Shown here piece after piece: positions 18,436-26,007 of a DNA stretch of 32,000 bases. The position numbers were made by a program, and so were the translations under genes. The first letter of the stretch is position 1, and every line of letters begins with the position of its first letter. Source of the DNA: Puniceicoccales bacterium (lineage in GTDB: Bacteria; Verrucomicrobiota; Verrucomicrobiia; Opitutales; LL51); the NCBI GenBank assembly GCA_031283585.1, contig JAITBP010000003.1, positions 1 to 32,000 on the forward strand. The letters run 5' to 3'. The notes beneath the pieces were generated by a model. That model was not told the DNA's origin and did not search any database. It saw only the letters and a list, made by a program, of their open reading frames with translations.

Positions 18436-19197
18436 ATGAGTCTGGATGGGTTGATTCCGTCAAAACGTGTCAGTGCCGAGGTGATGCGCGATTTCAGTGA
18501 AGATGGAAGCGCTGCCCGGGTATTTTTTGATAGTCTTAGGGCCAACGCACTGGATTGTTTTCGTAGTGGAGACAAGGTGGCATCCGATAACATATGGAAG
18601 CTCTATGATTACGTTGCTTCTTTAGACATAACAACCAGGGACTTGTTTATTGCCACCGATCCGGCCTGGCTATTATCAAAAATGATAGATAAATTGATGC
18701 CGGATTCCCAGGAAGCCCTGTGTGAAATGCCCGAGATGTTCTATAAGCATCAGAATACCAACGGCGATATCCAGGACAGATCAAAATCGATGCTATACAA
18801 TATTGCTGATAAATTAGGTGGAGTTACGTCCGATGAGGCTCAAAAGTTGTTTTTTAAGTCTGTCAATGGCCTGGGTCCACTAACCGATGAGGGCGGTTTT
18901 TTGGCAAATGTTGTAAAAAATATTGGAGATAACTTTGGAAAAGTCCCGGTGGTTAGCCAAAATTCCTGCATTTCCCTGATTGGTAACGGTGCAACCCAAT
19001 GCGCCCATATGCCCCAGATTGCACAGCAAAATTTTTCCAGAGGCGTGGCGGAGATGCTAAGATCCACCAGGTTTCCATATAAATTTGACAAAGATTCGCT
19101 GCGAGAGGCGTTGTTTCGTATGCCGGATTATTTGATGTCCAAGGAGCTAGACAGTGCCATAGAGGACTTTGATAGTAACGTTTCCGCCGATGTTTGA
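18436..19197 (+). CDS. Hypothetical soluble protein (253 aa), no recognisable family
   Basis: Clean 762-nt ORF filling the gap between mnmG and the methyltransferase. No signal peptide, TM segment or motif that I recognise. Confidence 0.55.
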   Translation: MSLDGLIPSKRVSAEVMRDFSEDGSAARVFFDSLRANALDCFRSGDKVASDNIWKLYDYVASLDITTRDLFIATDPAWLLSKMIDKLMPDSQEALCEMPEMFYKHQNTNGDIQDRSKSMLYNIADKLGGVTSDEAQKLFFKSVNGLGPLTDEGGFLANVVKNIGDNFGKVPVVSQNSCISLIGNGATQCAHMPQIAQQNFSRGVAEMLRSTRFPYKFDKDSLREALFRMPDYLMSKELDSAIEDFDSNVSADV

Positions 19198-19295
19198 TGC
19201 TGAATAGCCGGTTTTTTGGCTAGATAAAAAATCTGTATTATTTCTTGAAAATTGCAGTCAATGTAGTAAGTTCTGGTCGAAGAATTTCTATAATT

Positions 19296-20918
19296 ATGGT
19301 GAAAAAGGCTAGTGCAACTATTGCGGATCCAAGGGACACAAAAGCTAAAGATACTTCCACATCGTCACAAAATTCCTACGATGTGATTAAATATGAAAGT
19401 AGAGTATTCCATGAGTCCAGTCCACAGCATCTACGAATGATGGCCAGGTTGTTTGGTATGAATGCTCCGAAGGCGTCAAAGGCTAGGGTGTTAGAATTGG
19501 GTTGTGGTGTCGGTGGAAATATAATGCCATTGGCTGTCCTATTCCCCGAAGCGAAGTTCGTCGGTGTTGATCTGTCGGAGGTCCAGATAACCGAAGGGAA
19601 AAAGGATATCGATGCACTGGGATTGAAGAACATAGAACTGACGCATATGTCCATATCGGATATCGATATCGATTTTGGTGAATTTGATTACATAATTTGC
19701 CACGGCGTTTTTTCCTGGGTACCGAAACAGGTACAATGGGATATAATCCGGGTGTGTAAAGAAAACCTGTCGAAACATGGCGTGGCCTATGTCAGCTATA
19801 ACACATTGCCCGGCTGGGGAGTGGTGAGTACTATCCGGGACATGATGGTCTATCACACCAAGGATTTTTCCGATCCCAAGGAAAAGGTTTCCCAGGCCAT
19901 AACTATGCTAAAGTTTGCTTTGGAAAACCAGACAGGTGAAACCAATCATTGGAAGGTTGCACTGGAAAAGGAGCTGAAGATATTGACGAATACTACAGCT
20001 GATTATGTTTTTCATGAACATCTGGAGGAAAACAACAATCCGATGTATTTTTACCAGTTTATTGAGATGGCTAATAAGGCAGGATTAAAGTATTTGGGAG
20101 ATTCTTCATTGGCTTCGATGTATGTGGGCAATATGACGGCCAAGGCGGCTGATACCTTGAAAGGTCTAACGAACCAGGTGCATCAGGAGCAGTATATGGA
20201 TTTTGTCAGAAATAGACGGTTTCGAAGTACATTGCTGTGCCATGATTCAAATAATCTAAACTTTAACCTGTCCGCGGAAAAAGCGTTTGAGTTTTATCTG
20301 TCGTTAAATTCAAGTGTTAAGCCGGATTTCGATCCGACTTTGGAGGACTGGACCAAGGAAGGTCCACGTTCATTTAACAATGGTGACATGGTGGCAAATG
20401 ATAGGATCATAGCCCTGGCTATGATAGTGTTGATGGAAAAGAATGGTCATAGGATCTCGGCGAATGAATTGGTTACCGAAACCACCAAAAGACTTGGCTG
20501 GAACAATGAATTGGCCGTGCATGCGATGCTAGGCAACTGTGTTATGGAGTTGGCCATGCGAGGAGGAATTTTTCTGTATGATGGCCCGGAACACTGCGTG
20601 CGAACAATTTCAGAAAAGCCCGAGGTTTGGCGCTATGCCTGGCATAGGGCTGAAGCCGGCAATATTTTGGTCAATGTGGATTTGAAATCCGCTAGAGTAG
20701 ATTTTTTTTATGCGGAATTTGCAAAGCTCTTGGATGGTAACCGGACGAAGAACGAAGCCATCGACGAACTTAAAAAAAATTTAAAAAAACTAAAAGTCGC
20801 TGTCAAAGCTAATGATGGCAGTAAGATTACCGATGAGGCCACCATCGATGGTGAGATAGAAGCATTTGCCCTGAAGGCACTTGATTATTTTTTAGCAGAA
20901 TCATTTCTTGTTGCCTAG
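19296..20918 (+). CDS. Class I SAM-dependent methyltransferase with a long C-terminal regulatory domain (rickettsial PKMT1/PKMT2 OmpB lysine methyltransferase-like)
   Basis: SAM motif ARVLELGCGVGGN...FVGVDLS.VQI. The family-specific strings FDYIICHGVFSWVP, SYNTLPGWGVVSTIRDMMVYH and EQYMDFVRNRRFRSTLLCH match my memory of the PKMT / MethyTransf_Reg (PF10119) architecture. The ~540-aa length also fits. I prefer ATG 19296 to the track's TTG 19245. Confidence 0.7.
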   Translation: MVKKASATIADPRDTKAKDTSTSSQNSYDVIKYESRVFHESSPQHLRMMARLFGMNAPKASKARVLELGCGVGGNIMPLAVLFPEAKFVGVDLSEVQITEGKKDIDALGLKNIELTHMSISDIDIDFGEFDYIICHGVFSWVPKQVQWDIIRVCKENLSKHGVAYVSYNTLPGWGVVSTIRDMMVYHTKDFSDPKEKVSQAITMLKFALENQTGETNHWKVALEKELKILTNTTADYVFHEHLEENNNPMYFYQFIEMANKAGLKYLGDSSLASMYVGNMTAKAADTLKGLTNQVHQEQYMDFVRNRRFRSTLLCHDSNNLNFNLSAEKAFEFYLSLNSSVKPDFDPTLEDWTKEGPRSFNNGDMVANDRIIALAMIVLMEKNGHRISANELVTETTKRLGWNNELAVHAMLGNCVMELAMRGGIFLYDGPEHCVRTISEKPEVWRYAWHRAEAGNILVNVDLKSARVDFFYAEFAKLLDGNRTKNEAIDELKKNLKKLKVAVKANDGSKITDEATIDGEIEAFALKALDYFLAESFLVA

Positions 20919-20919
20919 C

Positions 20920-22338
20920 ATGGAAATTTTGTCCATTTATAATACATTAGCGAGGAGTAACCAGGAATTGGTGGCCGCCGAAGGGCGGCCATTTGGTGTA
21001 TATTGCTGTGGACCAACGGTTTATAACTACGCTCACCTGGGAAACTTTCGTACATTTATTCTCCAGGATATTCTGGTTCGAGTATTGAAAGTCGCAGGCT
21101 ACGATGTGAAGTTCGTCAGAAACCTGACCGATGTGGATGACAAAACCATAAAAAATTCCCTGGCCCTGGGGATGAAGTTGAAGGAATTCACAGGGGAATG
21201 GGAGAACGTGTTTCGGGATGATTGTCAGCGGTTGAATTTGCTGCGACCTGATGTGGAACCGCGTGCCACAGAACATATTAAGGAGCAGATAGCGCTGATA
21301 GAAAAACTGATTGCCGGTGGTCATGCCTATGTTACCCAGGATGGTTCGGTTTATTACGACGTATCCAGTTTTAAAGATTATGGAAAGCTTTCTGGCGTAA
21401 ATGTTTCCGATTTGAAAACCCAGTCTTCCAATAGTGCCGGTGAGAGAAATGAGGCCGATGAATATGTCCGGGAAAATGCCTGTGACTTTGCCCTATGGAA
21501 AGCAAGAAAAGCCTCCGATGGTGAGAATTTTTGGCCAAGTCCCTGGGGTGATGGCCGCCCGGGTTGGCATATAGAGTGCAGCGCCATGTCGATGCTATAC
21601 CTTGGCAATACCATCGATTTACACTGCGGTGGGGTTGATCTATGTTTCCCTCACCATGAGAACGAGATAGCACAATCTGAAGCCGCCACCGGTGAGATCT
21701 TTTCCAGGTACTGGTTTCATACGGCCCATCTTCTTATGGATGGCGAAAAAATGTCAAAGAGCCTGGGCAACATATTTGCGCTCAATGACATAATGGCGAA
21801 GGGCTTTTCCCCCATAGTGATTAGATATGTCCTGGCCTCCTGCCACTATCGCCAGCAGCTAAATTTTACAGTCGATGGGCTACGTTCAGCCACCGGTGCA
21901 ATCCACAGAATCATCTCGACCCTCTCCAGGCTGAAAACGATGGCCGGGTGTGCCGACATAACCAGCGTGCCCTTTGTTGGCTGGAAATATTTTAAGGAAG
22001 CCTGGGAGGCTCTGAAAACTGACCTAAATATACCCCAATGCCTGGGCAATATTTTTTCCGTTCTAAATGAACTGGATCTGGAGTCCCTGGCCGTCGACCA
22101 GAGTAAGTATTGCCTGGCAGAAATATACAGGTTGCTCTATGCTCTGGGGTTGGATAATCTGTCGGACTTTGTCGATGCCAATGTTCCCGATGACCTGCGA
22201 ATCATGGCAGAAGAACGTTGGACCGCAAAATTGGGTAAAAATTTCGCCCTGGCAGATACGCTAAGGTTGAAAATTAACGAATCAGGTTGGGAAATAAACG
22301 ATTCCAAGACCTATTATACCGTCTTTAAGTCTCTCTAG
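20920..22338 (+). CDS. cysS: Cysteinyl-tRNA synthetase
   Basis: YCCGPTVYNYAHLGNFRTF (HIGH-type motif), GWHIECSAMS and KMSKSLGN. ATG 20920 lies 1 nt after the methyltransferase stop codon. Confidence 0.9.
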   Translation: MEILSIYNTLARSNQELVAAEGRPFGVYCCGPTVYNYAHLGNFRTFILQDILVRVLKVAGYDVKFVRNLTDVDDKTIKNSLALGMKLKEFTGEWENVFRDDCQRLNLLRPDVEPRATEHIKEQIALIEKLIAGGHAYVTQDGSVYYDVSSFKDYGKLSGVNVSDLKTQSSNSAGERNEADEYVRENACDFALWKARKASDGENFWPSPWGDGRPGWHIECSAMSMLYLGNTIDLHCGGVDLCFPHHENEIAQSEAATGEIFSRYWFHTAHLLMDGEKMSKSLGNIFALNDIMAKGFSPIVIRYVLASCHYRQQLNFTVDGLRSATGAIHRIISTLSRLKTMAGCADITSVPFVGWKYFKEAWEALKTDLNIPQCLGNIFSVLNELDLESLAVDQSKYCLAEIYRLLYALGLDNLSDFVDANVPDDLRIMAEERWTAKLGKNFALADTLRLKINESGWEINDSKTYYTVFKSL

Positions 22339-22435
22339 CTGAACGCTCCTCTATTTATTAAAGAGGCTAAGTCAATAAATAATTGTAACTAGCGATATAA
22401 TTATTAAACTTTCGTAACGCTGGCTTAGGCTTTGG

Positions 22436-22810
22436 ATGGATAATAGTCAGAAAGAATTCTTGATGGTTTTGGCGTACTTGTACATACGATATAGCAAGTA
22501 CGATGAGGCATTTTTGTTGCTCAAAGGGTTAAAGGAATTTTTTCCTGATGATATCGATTTAGGGTTAAGTTATGCCAATGCCTGTTTCGCAACTCAGAGA
22601 CCGAAAGATGCTTTTGCGGAACTGGAGGCTTTGGATGGCAAGGAATTAGATAATCAGCAAAAGAAGTTATTTTATATATTGCGTAGCAAAACCATGTGGG
22701 CCCTTGGGCATGATAGCGAAGCAAGATCTGCTCTGGTTCATTTCCTTGGAATTGAAGAACGAGAGGCGCGATTGGCCGAGGTAACAAGAAAAAAAAGTAG
22801 GGAAAAGTGA
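22436..22810 (+). CDS. sctY: Small TPR-like type III secretion chaperone, YscY/Pcr4 (SctY)-like
   Basis: 124 aa and helical/TPR-like (YDEAFLLLKGLKEFFPDD). The N-terminal SQKEFLMVLAYLYI resembles YscY's QQEFLLLNGWLQL as I remember it. It lies directly upstream of sctV with a 4-nt GTGA overlap, the position YscY occupies in Ysc-type loci. Confidence 0.55.
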   Translation: MDNSQKEFLMVLAYLYIRYSKYDEAFLLLKGLKEFFPDDIDLGLSYANACFATQRPKDAFAELEALDGKELDNQQKKLFYILRSKTMWALGHDSEARSALVHFLGIEEREARLAEVTRKKSREK

Positions 22811-24912
22811 AATTAACAACAAGAATAAGTGGAGCTATAAGTACTGTAACTAATTGCAGTGACGTACTCTTAGCATTGCTGGTAGTGGCGGTTATCATGT
22901 TGATGGTGGTGCCAATACCCACCGCATTTTTGGACCTGCTATTGGCTGTAAACCTGTCTATCAGCATCACGTTGTTGATGATATCGTTGTACATTCCAAG
23001 GGTTTTGTCCATATCCACGTTCCCCAGCATACTGCTATTCACTACCCTGTTTCGATTAGCCCTAAGTATAACAACAACAAGGCTTATATTGATAGATGCC
23101 GATGCGGGTGAAATTATAGAAACCTTTGGTAATTTTGTCGTGGCCGGCAATTTCGTTGTCGGTGCTGTCATATTTTTAATCCTATTGATTGTTCAGTTTG
23201 TGGTTATAACCAAGGGTGCCGAGCGTGTATCCGAGGTCACCGCAAGGTTCACATTGGACGCGATGCCCGGTAAACAAATGAGTATTGATGCCGATCTGCG
23301 AGCCGGAAGTATAGATACCGACCAGGCAAAACTCAAGCGTACAGAGCTGGAGCAGGAGAATCAACTCTATGGGTCGCTGGACGGAGCAATGAAATTTGTC
23401 AAAGGTGATGCCATCGCTGGCCTTATAATAACATTCATCGACATAGTTGCCGGTCTCATAATCGGTGTTTTCCAGAAGGGAATGGAGCCGGGCAAAGCTA
23501 TAGAGGTGTATTCGATTCTAACCATAGGTGATGGCCTTGTTTCACAAATACCTGCACTGCTGATATCTATTACCGCCGGCGTAATCGTGACCAGGGTATC
23601 ATCCGATGCGGCAAATCCACTGGGCCGAGACATAGGTAAGCAGTTGCTGTCAAGACCCAAAGCGCTGGTTATCGGCGGTTGTTTGATCGTTGGATTTATG
23701 TTAATACCTGGGTTCCCCAAGATACCATTTGTGATTATCGGTATTATTTCGTTCATTACTGGTCGTTCGCTTATGAAATCGGAGGATGAACAGAAGGGAG
23801 GCGGAACCAAGGCGGCGAAGCTTGCCAAGGCCACGGGTATGCCATCCGATGTGGCACCAAATATACCTACATTTAAAGAGGAAAAAGAGGAATTTTCTGT
23901 TACGGTGCCATTGCTGATTGATGTGGCAACATCCATAGAGGAATCTGTGGATCCCGGCGCGTTGAATGATCAGCTAATCCAGGTCAGGAAAGCCCTATAC
24001 TACGATCTAGGTGTACCGTTCCCTGGCATACATCTTAGGTTCAATGAAAACCTGAGCGATGGCATATATCAGATTCTATTGCAGGAGGTACCGATTTCTC
24101 AAGGTAAGATTCTTAAGGATCATGTGCTTGTCCGTGAATCCAAGGAAAGCCTAGGAATTCTGAATATTCAATATCAGGAAGAGAAGGCATTTTTACCAAA
24201 TATACCGTCCCTATGGGTACACAAGGGCCTCAGGCCACAGATGGACAAGGCCAGCATTAGCTATATGACTACACCTCAAATATTTACTTATCATCTATCA
24301 TTTATATTAAAGAAATATTCCGGTGAATTTATTGGGTTGCAGGAAACGAGATTTATACTGGAAAATATGGAGAAAAATTTCCCGGAACTGGTCAAGGAAG
24401 TCCAAAGGGTGTTGCCGGTACAGAAGATAGGAGAGGTGCTGCAACGCCTGGTTCAAGAAGACATTTCTATAAGAAATTTGAGGCTCATCATCCAATGCCT
24501 AATAGACTGGGGTCAGAAGGAAAAAGAGCCGGTATTATTAGCCGATTATGTCAGATCTAGCCTAAAAAGATATATCAGTTATAAATACAGTGGTGGCCAA
24601 AATATCCTGGCCGTATATCTGCTGGATCCATCGGTCGAGGATGTGGTGAGAAAAGCCATAAGGCAAACCTCTGCAGGGAGTTATTTGGCACTCGAACCGG
24701 ACACGGCTAAGAAAATTGTTCATAAGGTTAAGGAAGAAGTTGGCGACTTTTCACGGGAATCAAACCGTCCTGTGTTGCTAACATCAATGGACATAAGACG
24801 TTACCTGCGTAAGTTGATAGAGCTGGAGCTTTACGAACTGCCAGTGCTATCCCACCAGGAACTGACCGAGGAGATAACAATTCAACCACTGGGGAGAATT
24901 TCACTTGTGTAA
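22807..24912 (+). CDS. sctV: Type III secretion export gate protein SctV (YscV/LcrD family, FHIPEP)
   Basis: FPSILLFTTLFRLALSITTTRLIL, FGNFVV, RFTLDAMPGKQMSIDADLRAG, MKFVKGDAIAGLII and GDGLVSQIPALLISITAG. The cytoplasmic domain contains VPLLIDV, LGVPFPGIHLRFNE, EFIGLQETR, LVKEVQR, QRLVQEDISIRN, WGQKEKE, RSSLKRYISYKY, RQTSAGSYLALEP and SMDIRRYLRKLIE..LPVLSHQELT..I.IQPLGRI. These cytoplasmic strings match YscV closely as I recall it, and less well FlhA or chlamydial CdsV. Confidence 0.9.
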   Translation: MKLTTRISGAISTVTNCSDVLLALLVVAVIMLMVVPIPTAFLDLLLAVNLSISITLLMISLYIPRVLSISTFPSILLFTTLFRLALSITTTRLILIDADAGEIIETFGNFVVAGNFVVGAVIFLILLIVQFVVITKGAERVSEVTARFTLDAMPGKQMSIDADLRAGSIDTDQAKLKRTELEQENQLYGSLDGAMKFVKGDAIAGLIITFIDIVAGLIIGVFQKGMEPGKAIEVYSILTIGDGLVSQIPALLISITAGVIVTRVSSDAANPLGRDIGKQLLSRPKALVIGGCLIVGFMLIPGFPKIPFVIIGIISFITGRSLMKSEDEQKGGGTKAAKLAKATGMPSDVAPNIPTFKEEKEEFSVTVPLLIDVATSIEESVDPGALNDQLIQVRKALYYDLGVPFPGIHLRFNENLSDGIYQILLQEVPISQGKILKDHVLVRESKESLGILNIQYQEEKAFLPNIPSLWVHKGLRPQMDKASISYMTTPQIFTYHLSFILKKYSGEFIGLQETRFILENMEKNFPELVKEVQRVLPVQKIGEVLQRLVQEDISIRNLRLIIQCLIDWGQKEKEPVLLADYVRSSLKRYISYKYSGGQNILAVYLLDPSVEDVVRKAIRQTSAGSYLALEPDTAKKIVHKVKEEVGDFSRESNRPVLLTSMDIRRYLRKLIELELYELPVLSHQELTEEITIQPLGRISLV

Positions 24913-24936
24913 TTTGTAATTGGAGAGGGTTATGCT

Positions 24937-25983
24937 ATGGCAAATGGGTTCGAAGATTCAATGGATGAAAAAAACAGCAGCAGCACACGGGTTTCTGAGG
25001 CCAGAAATCTTTTAGTGATTGCTGATAAGATGTTTAATGAGTACGGCCTGGGTAACGATACCATCGATAAGCTTTTTGAACTTGAGTTTGTGAAACCGTA
25101 TAAGTCTGACGTGATTGAAGCCATAAAGGATGAGCGCAATCGCTTTGAAATGATGGGCTTGGTTCCGGAAGGTGGCTGGGAGAAATTGCCCCTAGAGGTC
25201 GATGAGCAAAATGACGAAAAGTCCCAGGAAATGCTCAAGCGTAGGGCTAAAACGCCAGGGAAAGATAAACCGGAAATCGCTGTTAATAAAGAAGATAAGC
25301 GTAGCTCTTTGCAGCAAATGGCTGTTGTAAAGAACAAATTGGAAGAGTTTATCGAAAACGTAAAGGCTTCCGAAGCAGAACTGAAAGACGCGATGGCCGA
25401 ACCACAAAAACTGGCATTGCAAAAGAAGTCCGAGCCGGTTTCGGATAGTAGTCTGCCACTGGCCTATGACGGCAAGGCTGATAAAGCTAAAATAGCTGAG
25501 TCAGTCAGGTCCGATGAATATAAAGAGGTTTCGATTTCCGAGTATTCTGAAAAAATCGAGCAGACTGACGATTACCAGAAAATTTCTACTAGTCAGGCGA
25601 TAAAGAAGGTTGCCGATGAACTGGAAAAAGCCGGTGTTATGGTTCCAGAATGTCGTTGTGATGCTTTAAAGAAAGATCCGGAAGATGTTGAAGTAGATAA
25701 TATTACGGAATCTGCACCAAAATCACCTGCCCAGGGCAATAAAGCCTATCGTTCCAGTCGCACTAGGGGTACCGTAATATCGGCCCTGAGGTCCAGCATA
25801 AATCGTTATAGATCAATCGAACCAGGTTTAGTGAAAGAAAAAAATGAAGGTCTGCAACAAGTTAGAGAACCAAGCAACTTGTCAGATGTGCCAACACAGC
25901 CAATTGCTATCGAAGGAAGCACTGATAGCAAAAATGCCGATGTCAGCAAGAAGGTGAAAATTAGGAGAAGGCTGAAATTGTAG
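24937..25983 (+). CDS. Hypothetical highly charged (Glu/Lys/Asp/Ser-rich) protein, 348 aa
   Basis: ORF starts 24 nt after sctV, with GGAGAGGG upstream. No TM segment or signal peptide. Composition suggests coiled-coil or disorder, with a basic tail KKVKIRRRLKL. No family recognised. Confidence 0.6.
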   Translation: MANGFEDSMDEKNSSSTRVSEARNLLVIADKMFNEYGLGNDTIDKLFELEFVKPYKSDVIEAIKDERNRFEMMGLVPEGGWEKLPLEVDEQNDEKSQEMLKRRAKTPGKDKPEIAVNKEDKRSSLQQMAVVKNKLEEFIENVKASEAELKDAMAEPQKLALQKKSEPVSDSSLPLAYDGKADKAKIAESVRSDEYKEVSISEYSEKIEQTDDYQKISTSQAIKKVADELEKAGVMVPECRCDALKKDPEDVEVDNITESAPKSPAQGNKAYRSSRTRGTVISALRSSINRYRSIEPGLVKEKNEGLQQVREPSNLSDVPTQPIAIEGSTDSKNADVSKKVKIRRRLKL

Positions 25984-25990
25984 TTAATAA

Positions 25991-25996
25991 AGGAGG
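25991..25996 (+). promoter_or_regulatory. Strong Shine-Dalgarno site for the giant ORF
   Basis: AGGAGG (within AAGGAGGAA) lies 11 nt upstream of ATG 26008. Confidence 0.6.
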
Positions 25997-26007
25997 AATT
26001 TAGGTAT

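Noticed and set aside
19205-19222. Hairpin TAGCC-N8-GGCTA after the 253-aa ORF as a terminator
   Set aside because: The stem is only 5 bp, and the T-run lies in the loop rather than after the stem.
22349-22367. Hairpin CCTCT-N9-AGAGG after cysS as a terminator
   Set aside because: It has a 5-bp stem, a 9-nt AT loop and no trailing T-tract. It is too weak to call.
22521-23171. 216-aa minus-strand ORF overlapping the sctY-like gene and the 5' part of sctV
   Set aside because: It is antisense to two genes with strong family signatures, and its translation is low-complexity (TTKLPATTKLP...). I treat it as a shadow ORF.
22807-24912. Flagellar FlhA identity for the FHIPEP protein
   Set aside because: The cytoplasmic-domain strings (VPLLIDV, LGVPFPGIHLRFNE, WGQKEKE, RQTSAGSYLALEP, IQPLGRI) and the YscY-like gene upstream fit injectisome SctV of the Ysc type. 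No flagellar genes are nearby. Phylogeny is still needed.
25981-25983. TAG between orf348 and the giant ORF as a recoded (e.g. pyrrolysine) codon
   Set aside because: There are no pyl genes or other evidence in the window. TAG terminates other well-supported genes here (dnaN, the CPBP gene, the methyltransferase). The spacer also contains a consensus SD for reinitiation. It is kept only as a low-probability read-through note.
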